A stretch of DNA of 64,000 nucleotides. It comes from Candidatus Heimdallarchaeota archaeon. Lineage in GTDB: Archaea; Asgardarchaeota; Heimdallarchaeia; Hodarchaeales; Hodarchaeaceae. Location of the stretch: NCBI GenBank assembly GCA_020353515.1, contig CP070695.1:3806277-3870276 (forward strand), given 5' to 3'. Under the pieces are notes generated by a model. The model worked only from the letters and a program-made list of their open reading frames with translations, was not told the DNA's origin and made no database searches. Positions 1 through 8,590 of this stretch are shown here, one piece after another. The translations under genes and the position numbers were made by a program. Numbering within the stretch: the first letter of the stretch is position 1; every line of letters starts with the position of its first letter.

Positions 1-826
1 GGTCACCAGCATACGCAATGAAATCTAATGTTATCAAATCTTCATCCTTCTTTATTGCCACAGCTTTACTTTGAAGTCCGCATACGAATCCTTTGGGTAT
101 GGTACAATAAGAAGTTGTGATTTCTTTTTCTGCCAAGACTGCACTTGGAGGATATTCAATTATTTCTTCACATGTCATACCTAATGCAGACAGAATCATT
201 TGGATAGACTGTGTTAAACCAACGTGGCCTGTTATTATCCGCTCGTCAATTTTCTCTCGAAACTCCTCAGTGGAAAGCCCAGTTCCAATTTTCTCTTGGA
301 AAGGTCCTCTTCTCTTCGCAGAATTCATCATTCGTGTTATAGTGATCTTCTGAACAGTTTGACAGGGAGCTGTTAATACAATGGGCAATAGATCCATTAA
401 ATAACCAGGATTTATGCCTGTACCAACCACAGACACATTGTGCGTTTTAGCAAGTTCATCAATTTCATCAGAAAGATCTGGAAAGTACTCAAATGGATAA
501 GATAATTCTTCACAAATTGAAATAATGTTACAATCTGTCTTAATCGCCTCTATGATGAGTGGTGTAACCTTTTCAAGGGAGGAGGAAGTCGAAATTATCA
601 CCACATCAGCTTGTTTCTCATGGAGAAGTTTTTCTAGATTCGATTCGATCGTTATTGCTGGTACGTTTGAAACTCCTATAATTTCACCTAATTCCTTACC
701 TTCGAGAGTTGGGTCTATATCAACAGCGCCAATTAGATCAATATTCTCACGTTCAACTAATAGCTTCGTTATTCGCTGCCCCATCGGCCCTAATCCTACT
801 TGAAGCACATTAAATTTGGTTTTCAT
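1..826 (-). CDS. NAD(P)H-dependent amine dehydrogenase / 2,4-diaminopentanoate dehydrogenase-like (dihydrodipicolinate reductase-like) protein, partial (runs off left edge)
   Basis: Not in ORF track. Hand translation from ATG at 826: MKTKFNVLQVGLGPMGQRITKLLVERENIDLIGAVDID...IISICEELSYP...VVGTGINPGYLMD...GHVGL. Rossmann GxGxxG plus the family motifs CEELSYP and GTGINPG. Confidence 0.8.
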   Translation of the reverse strand, partial: MKTKFNVLQVGLGPMGQRITKLLVERENIDLIGAVDIDPTLEGKELGEIIGVSNVPAITIESNLEKLLHEKQADVVIISTSSSLEKVTPLIIEAIKTDCNIISICEELSYPFEYFPDLSDEIDELAKTHNVSVVGTGINPGYLMDLLPIVLTAPCQTVQKITITRMMNSAKRRGPFQEKIGTGLSTEEFREKIDERIITGHVGLTQSIQMILSALGMTCEEIIEYPPSAVLAEKEITTSYCTIPKGFVCGLQSKAVAIKKDEDLITLDFIAYAGD

Positions 827-895
827 CAGAATCAGACCCCTTAATTCAATTAAAGATAGTGATTAAGCAATTTTTCTAGTTGTACCTTTAGAATT

Positions 896-1852
896 TTACT
901 TAAAAAACTTTTCAGCATTCTGCCAGTAAAACCTATCGAGTACGGATTGGGGGAGATTTAATCCATTTATAAAGGTAGGAGGATTCAGATTGTCCTCATC
1001 TGAAAAGGGTAACTTCACTTTCCGGACGTTAGTCTCCCAGAATATACGCTGTGCCCAGTATCGAGTAGGGAAATATTTCTCAGAACGATCAGCCCATCCG
1101 ACTGACAAATCAGTTGCAAAAAGAATTCTATCCTGATTACGGATTATAAAATCACGAGCTTGTTGAGGATCTTTCCCCAATTCGCGCACAATCCATTTTG
1201 TAGAAGCTGTATCAATATAAAAATTAGTAAATTTCTTAAAAATCTCTTCTAGTTTAATTAAATTATGAATTTCAGGTAAGGACCCGAAATGAACACTAAT
1301 TACCTTAAGAGACGGATGTCGTTCAAGTACTTCGTTAAATTCGTTGATCGCTTGAGTTTTTGTACGATAACGTTCAGAATCTTGGTACTTAGTAGAGTAC
1401 CAAATATCAGGATCAGCAACATGAATATCTAATGGCAGACCATAATCTTCAATTCGACTAAAAACGGGTTCAAAGATAGGGTCTGCAATGGATACCAGCT
1501 TCTCTGTGTTATAGAAATCGATCTGACGTGGGCCAAACCAAGTTTTGGTGAGCGAATAGTTTAAGCTATGAGCTTCGTCAACAGCTTCCACGATTCTTTC
1601 AGGTTTTTTTTCAGCGAAAGCTTGCATAGGTAAGTAGTACGCAAAAACAATATCAGAGGCTTTTCCATTCTGCTCCAGAGTTTTTTTAACATCGGGTTGA
1701 GCAATACCCATAAAACGTTTAACACCAAACATATGACCCCACTTCTCAAGATCACTAAACGCGTCAGCATCCCAGATATGGACATGAGAATCGCATATAT
1801 CTGTCTTAAGAGGGGGTAATCCTTCTAGTGGGTCTTTAAAATCGAAATTCAA
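896..1852 (-). CDS. Amidohydrolase family protein (Amidohydro_2-like)
   Basis: DSHVH metal motif, IHVADP, VHFG, YIDT, ILFATD. Confidence 0.8.
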   Translation of the reverse strand: MNFDFKDPLEGLPPLKTDICDSHVHIWDADAFSDLEKWGHMFGVKRFMGIAQPDVKKTLEQNGKASDIVFAYYLPMQAFAEKKPERIVEAVDEAHSLNYSLTKTWFGPRQIDFYNTEKLVSIADPIFEPVFSRIEDYGLPLDIHVADPDIWYSTKYQDSERYRTKTQAINEFNEVLERHPSLKVISVHFGSLPEIHNLIKLEEIFKKFTNFYIDTASTKWIVRELGKDPQQARDFIIRNQDRILFATDLSVGWADRSEKYFPTRYWAQRIFWETNVRKVKLPFSDEDNLNPPTFINGLNLPQSVLDRFYWQNAEKFFK

Positions 1853-2015
1853 TAAAATGCCTCTATATGATCAGACGAATTCGGAATATATTTGTGAATA
1901 CTCCAAAACTTTAACAGATAATAAAAAATTGCTTTAAGGTAGACACAAGAAATATGCCAAAGTGTTTTTATTTTAGTAAGATAGTCAACCTAGTAATCCT
2001 TGGGATAGTTATCTC

Positions 2016-2741
2016 ATGCCCCAATTAGTTTACATACCAATAAAAGCGATAATATTTGATTTTGATGGAACATTGGTTGATACAAAACATTATTACTTTG
2101 GATTATTAGCACAATATTTACAAGTTGATCTTACTCTCGTAATCTCGAAAGCAGATGAGATAACTTTCTCTAAGCTTACCTCACAAGAAAGAAATGTGAA
2201 ATGGAAAATCGTTAAGGCCCTGTATAAAGTTTCACGGGCTTTAGAATTTGGATATTTCAAATCATTAAGAGCCTTGTTTTATGTCATAAGAAATCAATCA
2301 AAACAGTTTTCTTTGGCTCAACCAACGAAGGACGCTGTAATTGCCTTAAAGCGATTACATTCTTCTGGAATTAAATTAGCCATCGTGAGTGATTCTCCCA
2401 GAAAAAAAATTGAAATCTTTATTACCAACCATCTCAAGGACACAAGTTATTTTTCCCCTGATCGAATTCTAGCCTCTGGGGAGTTTGGAAAACACAAAGA
2501 GGAAGGATTTGTTCACTTTATGCGAAAATTTCAATTAACAAACACTCCAAGAAGCTGTGCAATTATCGGAGACTTAGGTGGGGACATTATTGCGGGGAAA
2601 ACTGTAAGAGTCACAACATTTGGATTTGCAGCGGGCTATTCTTCTCCTGATACCTTAATGGAAACTGGACCAGATGGTATTTACGAGACTTTACTTGAAA
2701 TGGAAGGGGCAGTGCATCTGTTTTTAGCAGAGGAGAAGTAG
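2016..2741 (+). CDS. HAD-superfamily hydrolase (phosphoglycolate phosphatase-like)
   Basis: FDFDGTLVDT motif I, IVSD motif II, IGDLGGDI motif IV. Confidence 0.85.
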   Translation: MPQLVYIPIKAIIFDFDGTLVDTKHYYFGLLAQYLQVDLTLVISKADEITFSKLTSQERNVKWKIVKALYKVSRALEFGYFKSLRALFYVIRNQSKQFSLAQPTKDAVIALKRLHSSGIKLAIVSDSPRKKIEIFITNHLKDTSYFSPDRILASGEFGKHKEEGFVHFMRKFQLTNTPRSCAIIGDLGGDIIAGKTVRVTTFGFAAGYSSPDTLMETGPDGIYETLLEMEGAVHLFLAEEK

Positions 2742-2771
2742 CAATAATTAAAGAAAAAGGTTTAATTTTGA

Positions 2772-2921
2772 TTAGCAATTTCCTGCTCTTCTAATAGCCT
2801 CCAACCATTTTCTCTTTTCTGTTTCTTCTGAGAATTTAACTCGACAATATTCTTTTAATGGATCAATATACTTTGAGGCATCCCACGCTCCTTGAAGAAG
2901 ATTGATGAGAAGAAATGAGAC
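2772..2921 (-). pseudogene. Start-less C-terminal gene fragment of unknown protein
   Basis: Hand translation VSFLLINLLQGAWDASKYIDPLKEYCRVKFSEETEKRKWLEAIRRAGNC*. No start codon; its 5' boundary coincides with that of the LRR fragment. Confidence 0.3.
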
Positions 2922-3131
2922 TTAATAAGCCTCCTATTGCTAGACTTGAACCATAATCAGTTAGTTTCTCTTCCCAAAGAAATTCTAGAGCTAAAAAACC
3001 TACAATATTTGGATTTATCAAATAATATGCCCTTGAAAGAATTTGTTCGAGAATCTGGTTCCCCTCACAACGAAGAAAAAGGTTATTTAGCTGTACAAAC
3101 TTTTTTACAGGAGTTTCTTTCGAAAGAATAG
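2919..3131 (+). pseudogene. Leucine-rich repeat protein C-terminal remnant
   Basis: DLISLLLLDLNHNQLVSLPKEILELKNLQYLDLSNN gives about two LxxLxLxxNxL repeats plus a cap (GYLAVQTFL). Truncated upstream by TGA at 2916. Confidence 0.65.
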
Positions 3132-3156
3132 TGATATTTACTCATATAAACATGCA

Positions 3157-4668
3157 TTAGTTCTCTACCCATCCTTTTGCTTTTTCAATGGCTTTATTCC
3201 AATGGTAGGTCATCCCTTGTCGCTTAGCATCATCCATTTGTGGTTTAAAGACACGATCTACTATCCATTTCTCACGCAACTCATTAAGATCCCAGAGTCC
3301 CACAGCAAGTCCAGCAGAATAAGCTGCTCCAAGAGCGGTGGTTTCTTCGATTTTTGGCCGAATACATTCGATATTTAATAAATCAGCTTGAATCTGCATT
3401 AGAAGATCATTCTTGGAAGCGCCGCCGTCTACTCGTAAACTCTGAAGTTTAATTCCACTATCTTTCTCCATAGCCTTGAAAACATCAAGTGATTGGAAAG
3501 CGATGGATTCCAGTACAGCACGAGTAATATGAGCACGATTACTTCCTCTTGTAAGTCCCACTAAGGTGCCTCGCGCAGTAGTATCCCAATGTGGGGCAAA
3601 TAGACCTACAAATGCTGGTACAAAATACACCCCACCATTATCAACGACGGAATTAGCCAGTTCTTCTGATTTAGAAGCAGAAGAGAAGAATTTTAATTGG
3701 TCTCGGAGCCATTGAATTGCTGCACCACTTATAGCAATACTTCCCTCAAGTGCATAGATTGTTTTTTTCCCGATTCCATACGCCACAGTCGTAAGAAGTC
3801 CCGAATCAGAGTGTACAATTTTATCACCTGTATTTAATAAAAGAAAATTTCCAGTACCGTAAGTATTTTTAGCCATACCTGGATTAAAACATGTTTGACC
3901 AAATAGGGCTGCTTGTTGATCTCCGAGATCTCCAGAGATAGGTGGATTACCATCTATCCCTTTGATTATTGTACGACCATAAAGATTTGGATCACTTGAC
4001 GGTCTAATTTCAGGTAACAATGACTTAGGAATTTTTAATTGTTCTACTAATTCATCATCCCAATCAAGCGTTCTAAGATCCATTAGCATTGTACGGGAAG
4101 CATTAGAAACGTCAGTAACATGTGTTCCCCCTTTGACACCTCCAGTTAGATTCCAAATCAACCACGTGTCGATGTTCCCAAAAATTAATTCTCCTTTTTC
4201 AGCTTTTGATTGAGCTCCTGGGACATTTTCTAGTAACCATCGGATTTTTGGGCCAGAAAAATAAGTAGCTATGACTAAACCAGTACGTTCTTTTACAAGA
4301 GGTTCTAAATCTTCTTTCCTGAGGTTTTCACAGATTTCAGCTGTACGAACACACTGCCAGACCACAGCATTATGAATAGGAAGCCCAGTCTTTCGATCCC
4401 AGACAATAGTTGTCTCACGCTGATTGGTTATACCAATAGCTACAAGATCTTTTAGTGAGATCTGAGCTTGATTAAGAGTTTCACGTATAACCAATTGAGT
4501 GTTTGTCCAGATGGTTAAAGGATCATGTTCAACCCATCCTGGATGAGGAAAAATCTGTTCATGTTCTCTATATTGAGAACCAGCTAAGTTACTATTCCTA
4601 TCAAAGACCATGAATCGTGTACCTGTAGTTCCCTGATCAACAGCCCCTATATACTCTTCTTTTGACAT
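3157..4668 (-). CDS. glpK: Glycerol kinase
   Basis: DQGTTGTR, GITNQRETT, TDVSNASRT, GDQQAALFGQ, KNTYGTG, LRVDGG. ATG at 4668 preferred over GTG at 4677. Confidence 0.97.
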   Translation of the reverse strand: MSKEEYIGAVDQGTTGTRFMVFDRNSNLAGSQYREHEQIFPHPGWVEHDPLTIWTNTQLVIRETLNQAQISLKDLVAIGITNQRETTIVWDRKTGLPIHNAVVWQCVRTAEICENLRKEDLEPLVKERTGLVIATYFSGPKIRWLLENVPGAQSKAEKGELIFGNIDTWLIWNLTGGVKGGTHVTDVSNASRTMLMDLRTLDWDDELVEQLKIPKSLLPEIRPSSDPNLYGRTIIKGIDGNPPISGDLGDQQAALFGQTCFNPGMAKNTYGTGNFLLLNTGDKIVHSDSGLLTTVAYGIGKKTIYALEGSIAISGAAIQWLRDQLKFFSSASKSEELANSVVDNGGVYFVPAFVGLFAPHWDTTARGTLVGLTRGSNRAHITRAVLESIAFQSLDVFKAMEKDSGIKLQSLRVDGGASKNDLLMQIQADLLNIECIRPKIEETTALGAAYSAGLAVGLWDLNELREKWIVDRVFKPQMDDAKRQGMTYHWNKAIEKAKGWVEN

Positions 4669-4749
4669 TTTTTTCACTTCAATGTGAAAATTGCTTGATC
4701 ACTACCCTATTTTCTTCAAATGATCTATCAAATTCTCAAATATCTCAAA

Positions 4750-5271
4750 TTATGTCTTGAAATGTTGATTAATTTGTTCTTTGATAATCTTAAAGGGAGA
4801 TGATATCTCGTGATTTTTTACCCGAATAATAGTGTAAGCCTTTGCTTGGGGGTATTGAGAGAAAAAATCATTTAAGAGGCTTTCTCTCACCACTAGAATA
4901 TTTCCCTGTTTTCGCTTTAGTACTGCATTGAGTATAGGATAATAACCACTCCCTTGAAGTTCTAAAGGACCGATTTCATCAAGGAAAATAAACTTACTAT
5001 CTAAACCTGCGTGGATACTATTGAGTACTCGCGTTAGATTGTTCTTATGAATACGAAATTGACCTATTGGTATAAATGTGTCTGTCTCTTGAGCCTCAAA
5101 TGGAATTTTTACCTTTTCAGTTATTATATAGAACCACTTCTTTTCATTTTGTAAGGTTATTACCCCGCTTGATAACACCTGCTTTTGATTTAGGTATTTT
5201 AATACCTCCCAACATAAGGTGGATTTTCCTGCCTCTATTGACCCTGTAATTATGAAAGAATAGTCATTCAT
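4750..5271 (-). CDS. Nucleoside triphosphatase, THEP1/NTPase_1 family
   Basis: Walker A TGSIEAGKST, Walker B FLDEIGPLEL. Confidence 0.75.
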   Translation of the reverse strand: MNDYSFIITGSIEAGKSTLCWEVLKYLNQKQVLSSGVITLQNEKKWFYIITEKVKIPFEAQETDTFIPIGQFRIHKNNLTRVLNSIHAGLDSKFIFLDEIGPLELQGSGYYPILNAVLKRKQGNILVVRESLLNDFFSQYPQAKAYTIIRVKNHEISSPFKIIKEQINQHFKT

Positions 5272-5385
5272 GCTTATGATCAACAATCCAAATCAGGTAG
5301 TTTTGGTACAGAATTCATTATTATCTAAAAATTTTTTGCTACATAGATTTTATGGCTGATTCATAAATATTAAAATCACGCTAGA

Positions 5386-5994
5386 CTATTTTTTCCAAAA
5401 CTTAGGAATCAATGCTCCAGTTTGATGACGGTACTCAAGGTAAGGAGCCCCAAATCGCTTAATCAAATCCTTTTCTTCAAAATAAATATATATTGGAACA
5501 TAAATGACGATATAAAGTGTAATCCAAATAACAAGAAATAATGAATTGACAAATAAAGCGATAACGATGTATAAAGGCATCTCCCCCAGGACACCAGGAT
5601 GACGAATATGTTTATATATACCGCCATGGAGCTCAGTTTCTTTTGATGGTTTCATATGCTCCTCACCTCCATCCTGTATGGCTTTAATCAATATAATAAT
5701 ACATGGAATAGCGATAATAACTCCAACGAGAAATCCAAAGAATGGATCGGGATGGATATGCCAATTAAATTCGGGTACAGGAAACCAGATCCAAAGAATT
5801 ATATTTATGACCATGATACTGGCAAAAATACTCAGTATGATTCGAAACCAGTAGCACTCTTTCCACGCTTTCTCTCCTCGTTTTTCTTCCCTAGTCACAG
5901 GCATCACACTAATTATGCTAAAATAAGCAAACATTATTGCACTGACGTGTAATGAGCACAAATTCACCCATGGGATTAAATCAGAGCCATTCAT
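5386..5994 (-). CDS. Isoprenylcysteine carboxylmethyltransferase / PEMT-family membrane methyltransferase
   Basis: Multiple TM helices, GIYKHIRHP, EEKDLxxRFGxxYxEY...GxLIP. Confidence 0.8.
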   Translation of the reverse strand: MNGSDLIPWVNLCSLHVSAIMFAYFSIISVMPVTREEKRGEKAWKECYWFRIILSIFASIMVINIILWIWFPVPEFNWHIHPDPFFGFLVGVIIAIPCIIILIKAIQDGGEEHMKPSKETELHGGIYKHIRHPGVLGEMPLYIVIALFVNSLFLVIWITLYIVIYVPIYIYFEEKDLIKRFGAPYLEYRHQTGALIPKFWKK

Positions 5995-6110
5995 GAAAAT
6001 CCCTTAAAATCTAGTAGCCTGATTCTATCCCCAATTTGTCCCTTTATATATGAAAGCGTATCTGATGTACACCACGTATACTGAGAAGAAAAAGAATTGG
6101 ATGGTGGAAT

Positions 6111-7220
6111 TTATCCTACATCGGTTATTCCATCACTAGTTATTGCAAATACGGTTTCATTTTCAGGAAGTAACGGAGAGTCAGCGATTCTAGCGATCCT
6201 ACGCTCACCTTTAGACTTTCGAAGATATACACGAGTATGACTTGCATGAGCTACGATATTCCCACCAACAGGAGCCGTGGGATCACCAAAAAACATATCA
6301 GGTTTGGAATGAACCTGATTAGTAACTATTATAGCTAAATTCCCGACCTCAGCGACTTTGAGAAGAGTGTGAATATGCTGATTCAGTTTTTGCTGCCGTC
6401 CAGCTAGCGTTCCACGTCCAACATATTCAGCACGAAAATGAGAAATGAGGGAGTCAACAATTAGAAGCCCGATTCTTTCTGTTTGACTATCTTTGGCAAC
6501 TTTTTCTGCTAAAACCATTTGATGATCACTATTGTACGCTCTCCCATGCATGATATTTTTTAGGGTTTTTTTGATATTTAGATCCCCTTCCCAACGTTTA
6601 CTCATATCGAGGATTCTTTCAGGACGAAAAGTACCCTCAGTATCAATATAGACTACTTTTACAGGCTCATTATCATCCACATTCAATCCACCCATCTCAC
6701 GAGGAAGTTGAGCTGTAATACAGAGCTGATGAGCGATCTGGGTCTTACCTGTCCGGTATTCACCATAAAATTCTGTCATAGATCCTGTTTCGATCCCACC
6801 TCCAAAAAGATCATCAAGGGAAGCAGAGCCTGTGGTGATTTTTAACATATTTCTACGGCGTTCTAAGACTTCCTCAGCCGTAATGAAGCCAAAATCTAAA
6901 GCATCCCGAGCAGCTTGGATAATCTTCCTAGATGTCGCTTCTCCTAGATTACCAACTGCGACTAGTTCCCCGATACTTACTGTTGCAAGGGATTCCAATG
7001 TTCCAAAGCCAGAATCTTGAAGTTTCTTCGCAGTAGCAGGACCAATGCCTGGAAGATCTCCAATATCATTTATTCCTGCTTTATTATCCTTCAGTGTTGT
7101 GGGAGAGGTGCTTAATGCATCATTATTCAGAGGTTGTGAAACTACTTTAGATTCTTTAGAGTTTTTGTCCTCTTCCCCCTTTTTATTGCGCGATATTGTC
7201 TTTCTTTTCCGTGGTGGCAA
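6111..7220 (-). CDS. radA: DNA repair and recombination protein RadA with extended basic N-terminus
   Basis: HhH (DLPGIGPATAKKL), Walker A GEYRTGKTQ, YIDTEGTFRPER, LIVDSL, GRGTLAGRQQKL, GGNIVAHAS. Confidence 0.96.
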   Translation of the reverse strand: MPPRKRKTISRNKKGEEDKNSKESKVVSQPLNNDALSTSPTTLKDNKAGINDIGDLPGIGPATAKKLQDSGFGTLESLATVSIGELVAVGNLGEATSRKIIQAARDALDFGFITAEEVLERRRNMLKITTGSASLDDLFGGGIETGSMTEFYGEYRTGKTQIAHQLCITAQLPREMGGLNVDDNEPVKVVYIDTEGTFRPERILDMSKRWEGDLNIKKTLKNIMHGRAYNSDHQMVLAEKVAKDSQTERIGLLIVDSLISHFRAEYVGRGTLAGRQQKLNQHIHTLLKVAEVGNLAIIVTNQVHSKPDMFFGDPTAPVGGNIVAHASHTRVYLRKSKGERRIARIADSPLLPENETVFAITSDGITDVG

Positions 7221-7565
7221 TATTAATCAAACCTTGTATCTGATTTATGATAGATAATGTAAAACTAGACGTATTTTTAACTAAACAGAGTGTAAAATCA
7301 ATATGAAACTGGGTTAATTTGACAATTACTAATGTCACTGAGGAAAATGTAGATCCATAATATAGTAACTACGATGAGAAAGCCGATTCAAGAAGCTGAT
7401 AGAAATTTTAATCCTGCTTGGTATGGACTTGTATCATTTAGACAAAATTTTTTCACACTGATAGCGAAATAATCTGTTCGATCCATTTTCGTCATTTTCG
7501 ATGATCTCACTCTATGATCTGACACTTTGGGTAAAGAATGCTATGAGTTGTTCATTATTCTTCTT

Positions 7566-8399
7566 TCAGCCCCTCCAAATAATAGAAACAGGATTTCGAA
7601 TAGGAATCTTGGAGTATTCATAAATAGGATAGCCCATGGATAAGACTGCAAAAACCTCGTATTTTTCCGGTGAGACCCCCAATTCTTCCGCTATTTTTGG
7701 TCTTCGGCGAATCGCTTCAATAGCGTAGCCAATGTTTAAGGTTCCTAATCCATTCACATGTGCTGCTAACATCAAATAAGCAACAGCAAAACCAACGTTT
7801 AATGCCACCATTGAATCATCTTTAGGTGCGTACACAACGAGAATCGCTGGAGGGTCATAAAAAATCGCATCTCTACCTTTATCAGCTTCCATCAACCAAT
7901 AGTTCCATTTTCGTATACGTCGTAACGTATTAGGATCCTCTGATTCTGATGATTCGAAGATTTTCAACACAGAGGCATAGAAATTCCTGAGATTTTCCAC
8001 AAATGGAGGTATAGCTTGGTTTTTCATAATGAGATATTTAACATTCTGCAAATTACTTGCCGTTGGAGCATATCGTGCTTCAGATATGAGTCGTTCTAGT
8101 AAATCTTTAGGGATCGGCTTTTCTTTGAAATTTCTAATCGATCTTCTGGTTTGAAATAATGTATACAGATCTTGAGGATCGATTTTAGAGGTAGTTGGAA
8201 TTTTTCTAGATAATGTGTAATCTAGCTTAGCGTGTCTGATGGCATCTTCAGGACAAATAGCTATACAGTGGCCACATAATATACAATACTCTTCAAACTC
8301 AACTTTTATGCTGTCTTGATCCAATGCAAAAATAATTGAGGGGCAAGTATTAACACAATAACCACATTTGATACATAATTCTGGTAAAACTTCAATCAT
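7566..8399 (-). CDS. Nitroreductase family protein with N-terminal 2x[4Fe-4S] ferredoxin domain
   Basis: CIKCGYCVNTCP and CILCGHCIAICP; RRSIRNF; APTASNLQ. Confidence 0.88.
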   Translation of the reverse strand: MIEVLPELCIKCGYCVNTCPSIIFALDQDSIKVEFEEYCILCGHCIAICPEDAIRHAKLDYTLSRKIPTTSKIDPQDLYTLFQTRRSIRNFKEKPIPKDLLERLISEARYAPTASNLQNVKYLIMKNQAIPPFVENLRNFYASVLKIFESSESEDPNTLRRIRKWNYWLMEADKGRDAIFYDPPAILVVYAPKDDSMVALNVGFAVAYLMLAAHVNGLGTLNIGYAIEAIRRRPKIAEELGVSPEKYEVFAVLSMGYPIYEYSKIPIRNPVSIIWRG

Positions 8400-8590
8400 T
8401 TAATTCGTGCCACTCCTAAAGTCTAAGTAAGTCCGTTTTATTCTAGTTTTTATTTAATTCTTTTCCTGATATAATGATTACTCTTGTTTAATCTTGATTG
8501 GAGAAATTTTAAAGATAAATTTAGACTAATGGTACTGGAAAAACTCAATGTTTAAATTAGAGAACTCCAATATTTTCACTAGTGTAAAAG

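Noticed and set aside
117-803. Plus-strand ORFs 117-353 and 525-803
   Set aside because: Antisense shadows of the real minus-strand dehydrogenase gene (1-826).
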